Source: the human T2T-CHM13v2.0 reference genome, Homo sapiens. Taken from it: DNA of 64,000 bases. Within the stretch, counting starts at the first letter, position 1. Each line of letters opens with the position of its first letter. Of the stretch, positions 13,106 to 25,613 are shown piece after piece. Under the pieces are notes generated by a model. That model was given only the letters and a program-made list of their open reading frames with translations. It was not told the origin of the DNA and ran no database searches. The translations under genes were made by a program, and so were the position numbers. The stretch lies in assembly GCF_009914755.1 (NCBI RefSeq), contig NC_060928.1; one strand, written 5' to 3'.

Positions 13106-14383
13106 CTCATGAAAACTGCCTTCCAATATCTTTTTTGGAATTCATCACATATACTGAATAACTGAAACATTTTTAAAAAATGAGGCCGTCACTACAATGA
13201 CATATTACTTGGTCCTAGGTTTGCAACCAATTGGGATGAAGGAAGTCTTGGTTTGAATCAGTGGTTCAATCAAGAGTTCTATCAACAGGTAAAAATAATC
13301 TTGTTAGTGATACAGCAGGTGACACTTTTCCTCCCAAGTCAGTCTATTTAAAATTTCCACATGGAATAGGGCAGCATGGAGCAGTGAAACCAGCAACAGA
13401 AGTACCCCGAGGAATTATCCTGGTAAAGGTGGGATTGTACCCTCAGCATCCTGCTCAATTTTAAATTCAGCTATGCTGTTCCGTCTCCTGAAATGACCCT
13501 GGGTATCCTTCTCGGAGTCCATCCTAGGGCTGTCGTGTTCACTTTTAAACAACAATAAATAAACACTGTTTATGAAACAGTGGCCGGATTCTCCTCAAAG
13601 GTGGAATAAACAGCTAATCTCTGTTACAGAGATCAAGCTAGTCTCCGATGTTACCAAGTGACAGGCCTGAAATAAACATGAAGAGCTTGCTGCCCTGCCT
13701 CTAGAAGAAACGTTTTTAATGTATATCTCCTTAAAAATGACTGGGTCTTCTTCTCGACCTCTACAAAATAAGTATACCACAACATTTACTTGCTGAATTA
13801 CGTAAAGTTAGCAAACATATACAAAAGATGTTCTATTAGCAGTGAGACAGCAAGCCTACAATAGAATTTGCCCTAGGGTTTTGTGTAATTGACCTCAAAT
13901 TTCGGAAGGCAAAGTGAATAATCTCTGCTCCGCCCTACTTTCTCAGATAAGAGTTCCGGTGTTTCATGTAGTCAGGATTTAAGGTTTTTAAAAAAGAAGA
14001 ATTTTAAAAGGAATAAAAAAACAGCTACGTTATAAAAACCAATTTGGCAAAAGGAAAAATGGACAATGTTTTAAAACCTTAGGGAGACGGGGAAGTGAGC
14101 TGGTGGCGCTTTCATCCCAAAGGATATACCTTCCCTCCATTTCCTGGGCCGTTTCCATTCCACGCTTATCTTCAGCAATAACTGAACCACATCGGGATGC
14201 GTCGCTCATTTAAAATCAGAACTCTTCCCTATGGGATCTACTCCCAGCCACTGATTGTGTTCCTGTGTTCTACCGGCAGGTCCAGCCTGACCAGGCGCAG
14301 ACTCTGCGCGCGCGGAGCAGCGCGCGATCCTGGGGATGCAGGGGTCATCCCGGAGGTCTCGGCCTCGGGCGGTGGGCCTCTCG

Positions 14384-14402
14384 CCGGCAGCAGGGGGCGC
14401 TG
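14384..14402 (+). promoter_or_regulatory. Candidate CTCF motif
   Basis: CCGGCAGCAGGGGGCGCTG is close to the CTCF consensus TGGCCACCAGGGGGCGCTA. Confidence 0.5.
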
Positions 14403-15503
14403 CAGAACCTCGGTCCCCATCCTGGAGAACCACCTCCCCGGCTCAGCCGGTCTGCGCCGCCCGCCACCATCCGACCCCAAGTTCTCTACCTAGTTCTGAG
14501 CGTTCTTCCTAAAAAAGACAGTAAACCCTGCGGCACTCCCAGTGTTACGTGACAGAAAAAATACAGAGCATCTCACCCTGTGAAACCGATCACCCTCTTT
14601 TTATCTTCTCTGCGTCTCGCACTGATTAAAAGCTGTCTCCAAGATTGGAAATTAAGAAAAGTTGCTCTTTCTCATGCATTAGCGCGCCGACCGCTCCTTC
14701 GTTTAGAAAGAGAGAGAGGGAAAGAAAGAAAGAGAAAAAGAGAGCCCGCGCGCCGGGGCGCGAGCCGCTGACCCTGCACCGCCTGGGAACCGCAGTCAAA
14801 GTTATCACTAAAGCGGTTCCCCGGCTGCCCGATGCCCACTCTCTCCCTCAGGGGACCCTATAGGGCTTCGGTTCCAGTTTTACCCCAAATGTGACTGAAC
14901 CACAGAGAGACGAGGCGCCTGGGCAAACCTTCAACCCACACCCTGTATCGCACTGTCCCCTCCCTACTCCCCACTTCTCTGCCCCCGCCCCCGACGTCCC
15001 AGAGCGTCGGAGGGGACCCAAGTCCACGCTGGGACGCCCGGGAGGAGTTCAGGGTTCAAGTGCGCGCCTGGGTCTGTGCACATCTTCCCCTTCCTCGGCC
15101 TCCCTGGGTAAGCTCGGGACCCCGGGGTCCGTCTTCCAAGGGGTGCCCAGCCCTGGCAGCAGTCGTGCGAGCTCCTCGGCTCTAATACAGGGAGTGGCTG
15201 CTCGCCAGGATGCTTGTCTGAAGTCAGTGTGCCCGCCTGCGGGCTGTTCCGTGTGCTTGAGCCTGGACAGAGCCCCTGCCACGCACTCGGCAGCCCCTGT
15301 GTCCCTCCACCGCGCGGGACCGAGGGGGCGAGCCTCCGGCCGAGGTCTGTCCCCTCCAAATCACTCCAAATCGAACTGCCTGGCCGTACCATGTGGGTCT
15401 CGGAGGTCCCGGGCTCGACGTGGAGCCGCCCGGCGCGCGCCTTCCCGCCCCCCGCCCGGCACCGCCCTCCGAGGCGCGGGCCGCGGCCGGGCCCGGTACT
15501 CAC

Positions 15504-15718
15504 AGGTCCGGCCCGTGGGAGAAGGGCGGCGGGCAGTAGCCGTGCGGCTCCCGCTGCGAGGGCGCCGAGCGCGGCTCCAGCCCCCCGTTGACGCCCCTCC
15601 AGCCCCGGCGGCGGCGCTGCGGCTCCGCGCCCTCGTCCTCGCCCTCGTCTTCCTCCTCCTCCGGCGCCGGGAAGGTCACCCTTGCTTGTTCTTTGCACTT
15701 CCTGACCTTGGTGGACAT
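15504..15718 (-). CDS. TRPC3: TRPC3 coding exon 1, N-terminal extension of the long isoform (TRPC3a) of transient receptor potential canonical channel 3
   Basis: ORF MSTKVRKCKEQARVTFPAPEEEEDEGEDEGAEPQRRRRGWRGVNGGLEPRSAPSQREPHGYCPPPFSHGPDL matches the human TRPC3 long-isoform N-terminus as I recall it. ATG at 15718-15716; 215 nt, phase-2 split CT|GTGAGTA. Confidence 0.96.
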
Positions 15719-16098
15719 CGCGCCGGCTGCGGTCCGAGTGTGGGGGTGCCGGCTGCCGGCCTCCTCCGCCTTCGCGGCAGTGCAGTCTTCCCGCGGCGCC
15801 CCTTCACCACCTCCCGCGGCTTCCGGGGCCCCGGGCGGCCCAGGGCGGGAAGGCAGGAGCGGAGAGCGTCGCGGCCCGCGATCCAGCAGTTAGAGGCTAG
15901 CGCCGAAGCCGAGCTGCCGCCGCCCACCATCAAACCGTGGGAGCAGCTGCCGCGGCCGTGGCTGCGACGAGGAAGCCCGGGGCCGAGCGGGGCTCTGGTG
16001 CTGGGAGAGGCTCTCCAGCCCCGCGGCGGCGGCGATGCCTCCTCGGCGCCCGTCTCCTGTCTCCGACAGCATCACTTGCTAGGACAGCATCGTTACTC
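15719..16098 (-). other. TRPC3: TRPC3 GC-rich 5' leader (TSS approximate) with three upstream ATGs
   Basis: Continuous GC-rich sequence upstream of the ATG, ending at the promoter purine tract (~16100). uATGs at 16090, 16072 and 15930. The TSS is inferred, not visible in the sequence. Confidence 0.6.
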
Positions 16099-16099
16099 A

Positions 16100-16160
16100 G
16101 GGAGAAGGAGAGGGAGGGCGGGAGGGGGAAGAGGAGGGGGAGAATCAATTCCTTATCAGA
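16100..16160. promoter_or_regulatory. TATA-less core/proximal promoter: GC box, G-quadruplex motif, GATA site
   Basis: GGGAGGGCGGGAGGGGG (16112-16128) contains GGGCGG; CCTTATCAG at 16151-16159. Confidence 0.55.
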
Positions 16161-17174
16161 CAGAGCTGGAGAGGAAATCAGACAGACCGCAGGTGGGGAG
16201 TAAAGAAAGAGAAACTTCCCCTCCCCACTCTCTTTCTCTTCCAGAGGATCTAGGGCCCTTTTTGCATCTACAGAAACAAGTTTCCTAAGGAAGGGAAAAG
16301 GAAATCCACTGGCTTGTTAATTTTCCTGCAGCCAACTCTCCAAATTTGTCTCAAAAAGCATCACTTGTTCGTTGGGTTACTCCCGGTAAGACTTGGTTGA
16401 ACCTACGGAGGTTTAAGTACCTTCCCCTGAGTGCCTTCGTACTCCATCCAGCCTGGTAATGTTTTAAACGTGCATGATGCTTCAGTTCTTTTAATGACTC
16501 TCAAAGGCGTCTAATAAGATTTATATACTTTCCAAGGAAGATTTTTCAGCGAAATGCAGTCTTCTTTTTAAAACACACTCACAAAAATTGCATTTTAGAA
16601 TTCAAGACCAGTCATTCTTTTGGGAGGAAAGAGGTACAGAATCTTAGCAGGAATCTTAGGGATCAAGGAGTCTCTTGGTCCTTTTAAATAAGAAACCCTT
16701 GGCCTAGAGAGACTGAAAAAGGTACTCATGATAGGTGGGTAGTGAGAAAACTTAGATTAGATCCAGAAGAGTGTGTTCTTCCAGACTTTCCCTTGCTTCA
16801 AATAGACGGCTTTCTAGCAAGTCCAACTAGGAAAAATCACAAAAATACTGGACACGCTCTGATGAGATAAAATTTATTTAACTGTATCCAATTATACTGT
16901 ACTTTTTAGAGGAACAATTCTTCCCAAATTTAAGCAAAACACAAGAAAATGTAGCTCCTTTGAATTTAATTCTTAAAAAGTAAATAAAATATTGTGTATT
17001 AAATTGGCAAGTCTATATGTTGAAAGAAGCAATAGCATTTATACATCTAATATAGGAAAAACAAAAACAAGTAAATATTGTATAGTGCTTTATGTTTGGA
17101 AGTGCTTTTCAGTTGTTAGTACATATGCAAGTGTTAACGGTTTCACAATGTAGGTTAGCAGACCTATTCAGTTT

Positions 17175-17865
17175 CACCTCTGGAATATCTCTAAAGCAGG
17201 ACTGCCCTTCTCCACCCGGTACCACCGCCTCAATTCAGGCTCCCCTGCTTCTCCCTGCTATCCAGCCTTTCTGCAGCCCACCTCTCCCCATACTGTTTCA
17301 TTCTTTGTACTACTGGAAAGACCATGCTTAAAGCAAAGTCTGATCACGACTTTTCTCTATAAAAATCTCTGGTGGCTTCCCACTACTTTCAGGTTAAAAT
17401 CCAAGTTTTCAATCTCTCCTCCCATCCTTTTTCATACACATTCTAACTGCAGTTACCCTGAACGCTCAGTCATCAACTGACATGCTAGATACTTTCCCAT
17501 TTCTCTGCCTTTGTCTATGGCATTCCTGTCACTGAAATGTCTCTCTTCATTCATCTGCTACACTGACTTTTCCTTAAAGAACTAGGTTAGCTGTGGCCTC
17601 CAGTCTGACAGCCCTCTTGGGTCCCAGTGGATTTTCCACAGGCTCTGGTCCTTACCCACACTGTGTATACCACAGTCTTACCAGTGATCACATCATACTG
17701 AAATTCACTCTGTATGTGCCTGTTTCCTCTAAACTATGAATCCCTTGAGGGTGATGTGGGATCTTATTTATTTTGAGCTATTAGGGGCTCATCTTTTTGT
17801 CCTTGCTATTTAGATCAGTACCTGATGTGCAGGACAAGCTAAATAAATGTTTGTTGGATGAATTT
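17175..17865 (+). mobile_element. L2 LINE 3' region
   Basis: TGGCTTCCCACT..., CCTTGAGGG..., terminal AATAAATGTTTGTTGGATGAAT. Confidence 0.65.
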
Positions 17866-17980
17866 ATGAAGTTTATAGTTTCTTTATAATTACTTTAGTA
17901 TGTTTATAAACTGCCCTTATAGGACCATGGATAGAAGCTCTATAGCAATGCTGGAGTCACCAGGATTTACTCTTACACAA

Positions 17981-18372
17981 TGTCTTAGTCTCCTGAGGCT
18001 GCCACAACAAAGTACCAAAGACTGGGTGGCTTGGGTGGCTTAAACAACAGATACTTAATTGCTCACAATTCTGGAGACTAGAAGTCTGAGTTCAAAGTGT
18101 TCACAGGGTTGGTTTCTTTTGAGGCCTCTCTTTGTGGTTTATAGATGGCTATCTTCTCCCTGTCTTCACATGGTCTTCCTTCTGTGCCTGTGTCTTGATC
18201 TCCTCTTCTTATAAGGACACCACTCATATAGAATTAGGGCCCACCCTGATCACCTCATTTTACTTAATTACCTCTTTAAAGACTCCATCTCCAAATACTG
18301 GCACATTCTGAGGTACTGGGGGTTAGGACTTCAACATGTGAATTCTGGCAGTACACAATTCAGCCCATAACA
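17981..18372 (-). mobile_element. MLT1B-like MaLR solo LTR
   Basis: TGTCTTAGTC...GGCTTAAACAACAGA...TTAGGACTTCAACAT...CAGCCCATAACA. Confidence 0.88.
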
Positions 18373-18552
18373 GAGGAGAAGTTTCTGATCTCAAAAGGAA
18401 TAGAAGAAACCACAAAGAAAAAAATAGACATGAAAAGCAAAGATTAAACACTTCAATGTATCACAAAAATTTTAAAATATAAATAAGGTTATCTGTAAGA
18501 ATTACTGCTCAACAGTGTCTTCTTATTAGACACAGCATAGAAGTTAGACTTA

Positions 18553-18950
<398 letters not shown>

Positions 18951-19256
18951 AAGAGTAGAAGTTCTCCTATAAATGCATTTGCTTGCTTTTTAAAGTAAAC
19001 TTAACTGATTGATTTTGTTACCAGTATAAATTAAGAAGATAAAAGCTGCATATCAGAACAATCAACCCCCCCAAATTAGGATTCCCAAACTTATGATGTG
19101 GTCATTAACATTCTAGTGCCTTTTACACAGAACTTATAATGTCCCATAAACTGTCTTTCACTAATGCTTGCTGTTCTCTTACAGTCCAAGGAGTTCCCAG
19201 GCAGTTTCCTCACTCAATGTGTTTTGAAAATTTCCTCTAGTCAGAAGTTTGGAACT

Positions 19257-19624
19257 TGTATTGGTCTGTTCTCATGCTGCAAATAAAGACATACCCAAGA
19301 CTGGGTGATTTATACAGGAAAGAGGTTTCATGGACTCACAGTTCCCTATGGCTAGGGAGGCCTCACAATCAAGGCAGAAGGCAAAGTAGAAGCAAAGGCA
19401 CGGCTTACATGGCAGCAGGCAAGAGAGCTTGTGCAGTTCCATTTATAAATGGAACTTCCATTTATAAAACCATCAGATCTCATGAGACTTATTCACCACC
19501 ATGAGAACAGTATGGGGGATCTGCCCTCATGATTCAATTATCTCCACCTGGCCCCATCCTTGACACCTGGGGATCATTACAATTCAAGGTGAGATTTGGT
19601 TGGGGACACAGCCAAACCATATCA
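19257..19624 (-). mobile_element. THE1-family MaLR solo LTR
   Basis: TGTATTGGTC...AAAGACATACCCAAGACTGGG...CAGCCAAACCATATCA; TSD GAACT/GGACT. Confidence 0.9.
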
Positions 19625-19708
19625 GGACTCAAAACTTACTTTAACATAGAAATAAGTTATAAATTATGGTTATATTTCCTGGAAAGTTAGCTTGAACTTG
19701 TTTCAATA

Positions 19709-19954
19709 ACAGTGTAGGGAGGTATTTAAGAACATAAGGCCAGAGGCCTGGAATCAAATCCCACCTCTGCTGCTCACAGGTTGTGTGACTTTGAGAAAGC
19801 TACTTAACCTCTCCGAGCCTCAGTTTTTCCCTCAGTAAAATGAAGATATAGTCGTTGTACCTACTTCATAGGGGTGTTATAAGGATTCTGTGTTAATGGC
19901 ACTTAAAACTGTACCTGGCATATAGTAGGCACTAGTAAGTATTAGCTACTATTA
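19709..19954 (+). mobile_element. MIR, near full length
   Basis: TGTGTGACTTTG...CTTAACCTCTCCGAGCCTCAGTTT...GTACCTACTTCATAGGG. Confidence 0.85.
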
Positions 19955-20719
19955 GTTCAGTATGTGAATTATAGAACTAACAATAGAAATCAGAAGTCTG
20001 TTTCCTAAAGCAAGGATCTACCCTATCTGATTTAGATGCCATTCTATAATAGTATTTGCTAAGTTGTAACACTGGGCTGTCAGTTCTTCTAGGGGCAGGG
20101 ACAGAGTCTTATTTGACATTGTCACACCAGTGTAATCATAAAGCTGGCAACATAGTGAGTGTTCAATAAATGGTAAGTAGTAATAACAGTAGTGGCAATT
20201 GAAACAGCCGTGGTAGTTGGAACAGCAGCCATTCAATAACTATTTGTGAAATGAAGAGATCCCATAGTGAGGAGGGGGAGGGAGCGACTTTTCTTCTTCT
20301 GCTTTGGGTACAGTGCCAACCTCAAGTAAAATTTGAGAATGGGCAAAACCTTTCTTTGGCATCTCTCTACTCTTTCTCTACATCTTTGTCTACCTTATAA
20401 TGCCTTGTTTCCTAGCACCTATGAGCTCAGTGACATCGTATTGTTTTCATCCTTCCAGGATCTTATCTCTGGCCTGCCATTACCCCAAAAGGGCTCCATG
20501 CTTCTCAATGACCTTTCTATTCCCTGCCAGTCAAAAACTGCTATTCCTTCAGGGCAGTCAGTCTCAGTTAGCTGTTAAAGGGAAAGTATTTTATACAAGT
20601 TTGTACTAATGTGTGTGAGCCCCTAAAAGTCCTTAATGCTCCAAGGGATTTACATTTTTCAAAAACAACAGTAACTGTCCATTTAATGGAACTACCAGCT
20701 GTGTATTAAAGTCAAGTGA

Positions 20720-21098
<379 letters not shown>

Positions 21099-21302
21099 CA
21101 ACTTTCATCCTACCCATTACTAAAAGTTATAATTTTCTACCATTTTGAATTTGCCCCACCCCCCACCCCATTAACATCTACCAATAGCATTGTCAAGATG
21201 GGCTCCCAATTTGAGGAGGGAGTGGAAAATGGGTTAAGGGGCAAAGCTAGGGGATTTATGTATAGTTTCAATATTGAGCAAATAGAGACAGAAATTTATT
21301 AT

Positions 21303-22138
<836 letters not shown>

Positions 22139-24093
22139 GATTAGGTTTTATAGATGGAAAATTCACAGCTCTCTCCAGATCAGAAATCTCCAAGAGTAAA
22201 TTAGTGTCTTAAAGGGGTTGTAATAACTTTCCTATGTGACTAAGTGCATTATTAATCAATTTTTCTATGATCAAGTACTCCTTTACATACCTGCTAATAC
22301 AATTTTTGATATGAAATCAGTCCTAGAGGGAATCAATGTAAGATACAGACTTGATGAGTGCTTGCAGTTTTTTATTGACAATCTGAAGAATGACTTGACT
22401 CTAAATTGCAGCTCAAGGCTTAGAATGCTATTGTGTTTGGAGATTTGAGGAAAGTGGGCGTGAAGACTTAGTGTTCATTTCCTCAACCTCTCTCTGTGTG
22501 AACATACAGGAATCAAATCTGTCTAGCCTCTCTTTTTGGCAAGGTTAAGAACAATTCCACTTCATCCTAATCCCAATGATTCCTGCCGACCCTCTTCCAA
22601 AAACTATTTAAAGACATGTTCTTCAAAGTTATATTTGTCTTTCCTTCAGGGAGAAAAAGAATACCAATCACTTATAATATGGAAACTAGCAGAAATGGGT
22701 CACATAAGTCATCTGTCAGAAATTGGGAAAATAGAGTAGGTCAGTCTTTCCAGTCATGGTACTTTTACCTTCAATCAAATGAGATACGATAATTTCTTAT
22801 TTATATTAATTCTACCCAGGCTGAATTCTTAAGACATATTTAAAATGTTAATTAAAAATGTAAATGCAATTCTCTTTACTTTCCCTTTTCTTTTATGTCA
22901 AATTTATTCTGTGCTACATGCACACCTCTTACAGGTTCCAAATGCAACCCCATGCTAAGTTCTGAATTACTAATAATGGACTTAGGATAAGGTTGTTAGT
23001 CTCCATATTACCAGGTTAGTGGTTAACCACTTTAACGTTGTTTTGTTTAAAAGCAGAAATATCTACCACCACCATTGATTGGAGAAAGACCTGACTTACT
23101 GATGTCTGACCAGATATGAATTTCGAGAAGTGAGGGTGAAACTCACTTAAACACTCTGTATATATAAAGGACACTGTTTCCCCATTGACATAAACTATGC
23201 CCTTCCTACCTCCCATTAGCCAGCTCTAATCTTCAAATGTAACTCTTTTATCCTATAACTCTTAACTTTAGGCAAAAGTGTTAAGATAAAGCAAAAGGAA
23301 AGAGAAATAGAAAAGACAAAAAAATTAAAATGTTATCTTTTCTCCCAATATTCACCTGGAGCGTCGCTGATGTACTGGTATCATGCAAGATTCCCCTATA
23401 TTCACCTGGAGTAAATTATCTTGAAAATGTATGAAATACCCATACAAGATGCTCAATGGCCTCATTTTAATGCAAATTTTGGTTAAATAATTAAAATTAC
23501 AAGATATTCACATGGCAACATAGAAATATGTAATTCAACTGTTAATCCTTTTGATATGACATTATGATTATTATAATGTCTTTAAGGATTTTAGGGATAA
23601 AGGAAAGGGAGGAGATTGTACTGTCCAGGTAATCATGAACTATGTGGGGTTGAAACATTTTAAAGGACATCTAGTCTGATCAACTTATAATGTTTGAATC
23701 CCTTTGCACAATCCTGACTAAATGTTCATAATATACATTAATATTTTCATCACTAAACAGTTTTTAAGAACATGATTCATTTACCTCTATAGATTATTTT
23801 TTAATGTAATAAATTCTTTTTTTTTGTTTTTATTTACTTTTTTTTCTTTTCTGTAAGTAAATTCTTAAAAGAGATTTGGATGCCAGGAAAAAAATTTCAT
23901 AGTGTGGCTTACATCTTAATCAATGAGTCAAGTCTGTGAGTAAATGCCCTTAGAAAGAAGATTGTTGTATATCTTAGTGATGAGATAAGCACTCAGAGGG
24001 GGACTTTAAGTGATGTCTTTGAGGGTTCCTAGAAGGCATTGATGTCCAACACCATGTATATCTGCGAGAAGTGGAAAAGTCCAACTGGACATG

Positions 24094-24535
24094 TGTATTA
24101 GGCTATTCTTGCATTGTTATAAAGAAATACCTGAGACTAGGTAGTGTATATATAAAAAAAGAGAGGTTTAATTGGCTCACAGTTCTGCAGGTTTTACAGG
24201 AAGCATGGTGCTGGTTTCTGCTCAACTTTTAGGGAGGCCTCAGGAAGCTCACAATCATGGTGGAAAGTGAAGGGGGAACTGGCAAGTCACACGGCGAAAG
24301 CAGGAGCAACAAAGAGGGAGAGAAGGTGAAGGGAAGGTTGGTGGGAGGTGCCACACACCTTTAAACAGCCAGATCTTGTGTGAACTCAGAGCAGGAGCTC
24401 ACTTAACACCAAGAGGATGGTCCAAGCCATTCATGAGGGACCCATGATCCAAACACCTCCCACTGGGCCTACTTCTGAGATTGGATTACATTTCAACATG
24501 AGATTAGAGCAGGGACATGCATTCAAACTATCTCA
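24094..24535 (-). mobile_element. MSTA/MSTB MaLR solo LTR
   Basis: TGTATTAGG...AAAGAAATACCTGAGACT...GGCTCACAGTTCTGCAGG...CAAACTATCTCA. Confidence 0.88.
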
Positions 24536-25613
24536 ATGTGTAAAATATAAAAATTCAGTAAACAATAGAGTTCCTATTGAAAATGTGTGCCTTTTAAGTT
24601 CAAGTCTTGGATATAACCAGTCAGAACCTCTGTTATAATTATGAGTTGGGGATGGGGATAGAAGGCATAATAAAGATCTATATTGTTGTGAGCCAAGAAG
24701 GAGACAGGTTATACCTCTTTGCGTTCAATAGATTTAGGCTTGACTACCAAACAGGAGAATGCTCTAAAATACAATGGAAAGTGAAAGCTTTGAATCTTGG
24801 CTTAAAGGTGATTTATTCTGCAAAAGGAGCTCTGCCCAATGGACTTTTCTGGCACCCTCTGAAGGCTGACACTTTCTGTAGAGCCCAGGAAAAATAATAA
24901 AAGACTTAGTATCTACATCAAACAATTCCTGCACACTAAAGTATTTCTTCTAAAAATTATACATTAATCTTGGCTACTGAACAACAAAAAGAAGTCATTG
25001 CTTTAGGATGTTTTGTTTGCTTTATGAGGACTTTCCTCTCACTCAGCTGTTTACCTAGCAGCTTAAAATTCTGAAATCCCAAAGGAAAGAGAGGCTTCTC
25101 ACACATCAGAAAGAAGATGGCAGGCTACCAAACCGTAAATGGCTCCAATTTTCATGTAAAGTCAGCTGAGTGAATCACAGGTGGATTTTTACCAAAAATG
25201 CACTGAAGGGCCTCTGCCACCAATAATACCTTATTTAAAAATGATCAGCTCATCCTTGGCTAGAAATATTATGCATACTGTAGCCAAATATATTAAAATA
25301 TAAATAAAACAAGGACACCTCTGGAGATAGTTCAGCAAAAACCCAATATCCAGAAATAAATTGATTTAGGAGGAATAGTAAAAGCTCATAACAGGCAGCA
25401 AGGGTGCAGTAAGGATTTATGGGTTGGAACTGTTATGGGGGAAAAATAGAATTGCTTAGCTAGAATGACTTTTTGGGAACACATATAAGAAGATTTTATT
25501 CATGACTTTAGATCTTTCAGAATATACTTTTATATAAATGCAAAATATACAATTCAGTCAAAAGCAGGAAAAGAATTACCGGTACCTAAGGATATAAAAA
25601 AATCTCAAGATAG

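Larger units (their letters stand above)
1..15503 (-). other. TRPC3: TRPC3 intron 1 (partial; continues left of the window)
   Basis: Begins with donor GTGAGT (plus strand ACTCAC, 15498-15503). No TRPC3 exon-2 peptide (SMEGSPSLRR...) appears in the ORF track. Confidence 0.9.
14190..16130. promoter_or_regulatory. CpG island covering TRPC3 promoter, exon 1 and the start of intron 1
   Basis: Sharp rise in GC and CpG density (e.g. GCGCGCGC, CCGCGG runs) against AT-rich, CpG-poor flanks. Confidence 0.92.

Noticed and set aside
13564-13582. CACTGTTT-ATG-AAACAGTG inverted repeat
   Set aside because: 8-bp arms are expected by chance in 64 kb.
15500-15718. Stand-alone 72-aa microprotein
   Set aside because: The TGA is part of the GTGAGT donor; the ORF is spliced exon 1. 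It would be made only on intron retention.
14891-16288. 465-aa plus-strand ORF (and the 244-aa minus ORF 14964-15698)
   Set aside because: The 465-aa ORF has a GTG start; both are low-complexity R/P/G/A with no recognisable domain. Expected shadow ORFs of a GC-rich CpG island overlapping TRPC3 exon 1.
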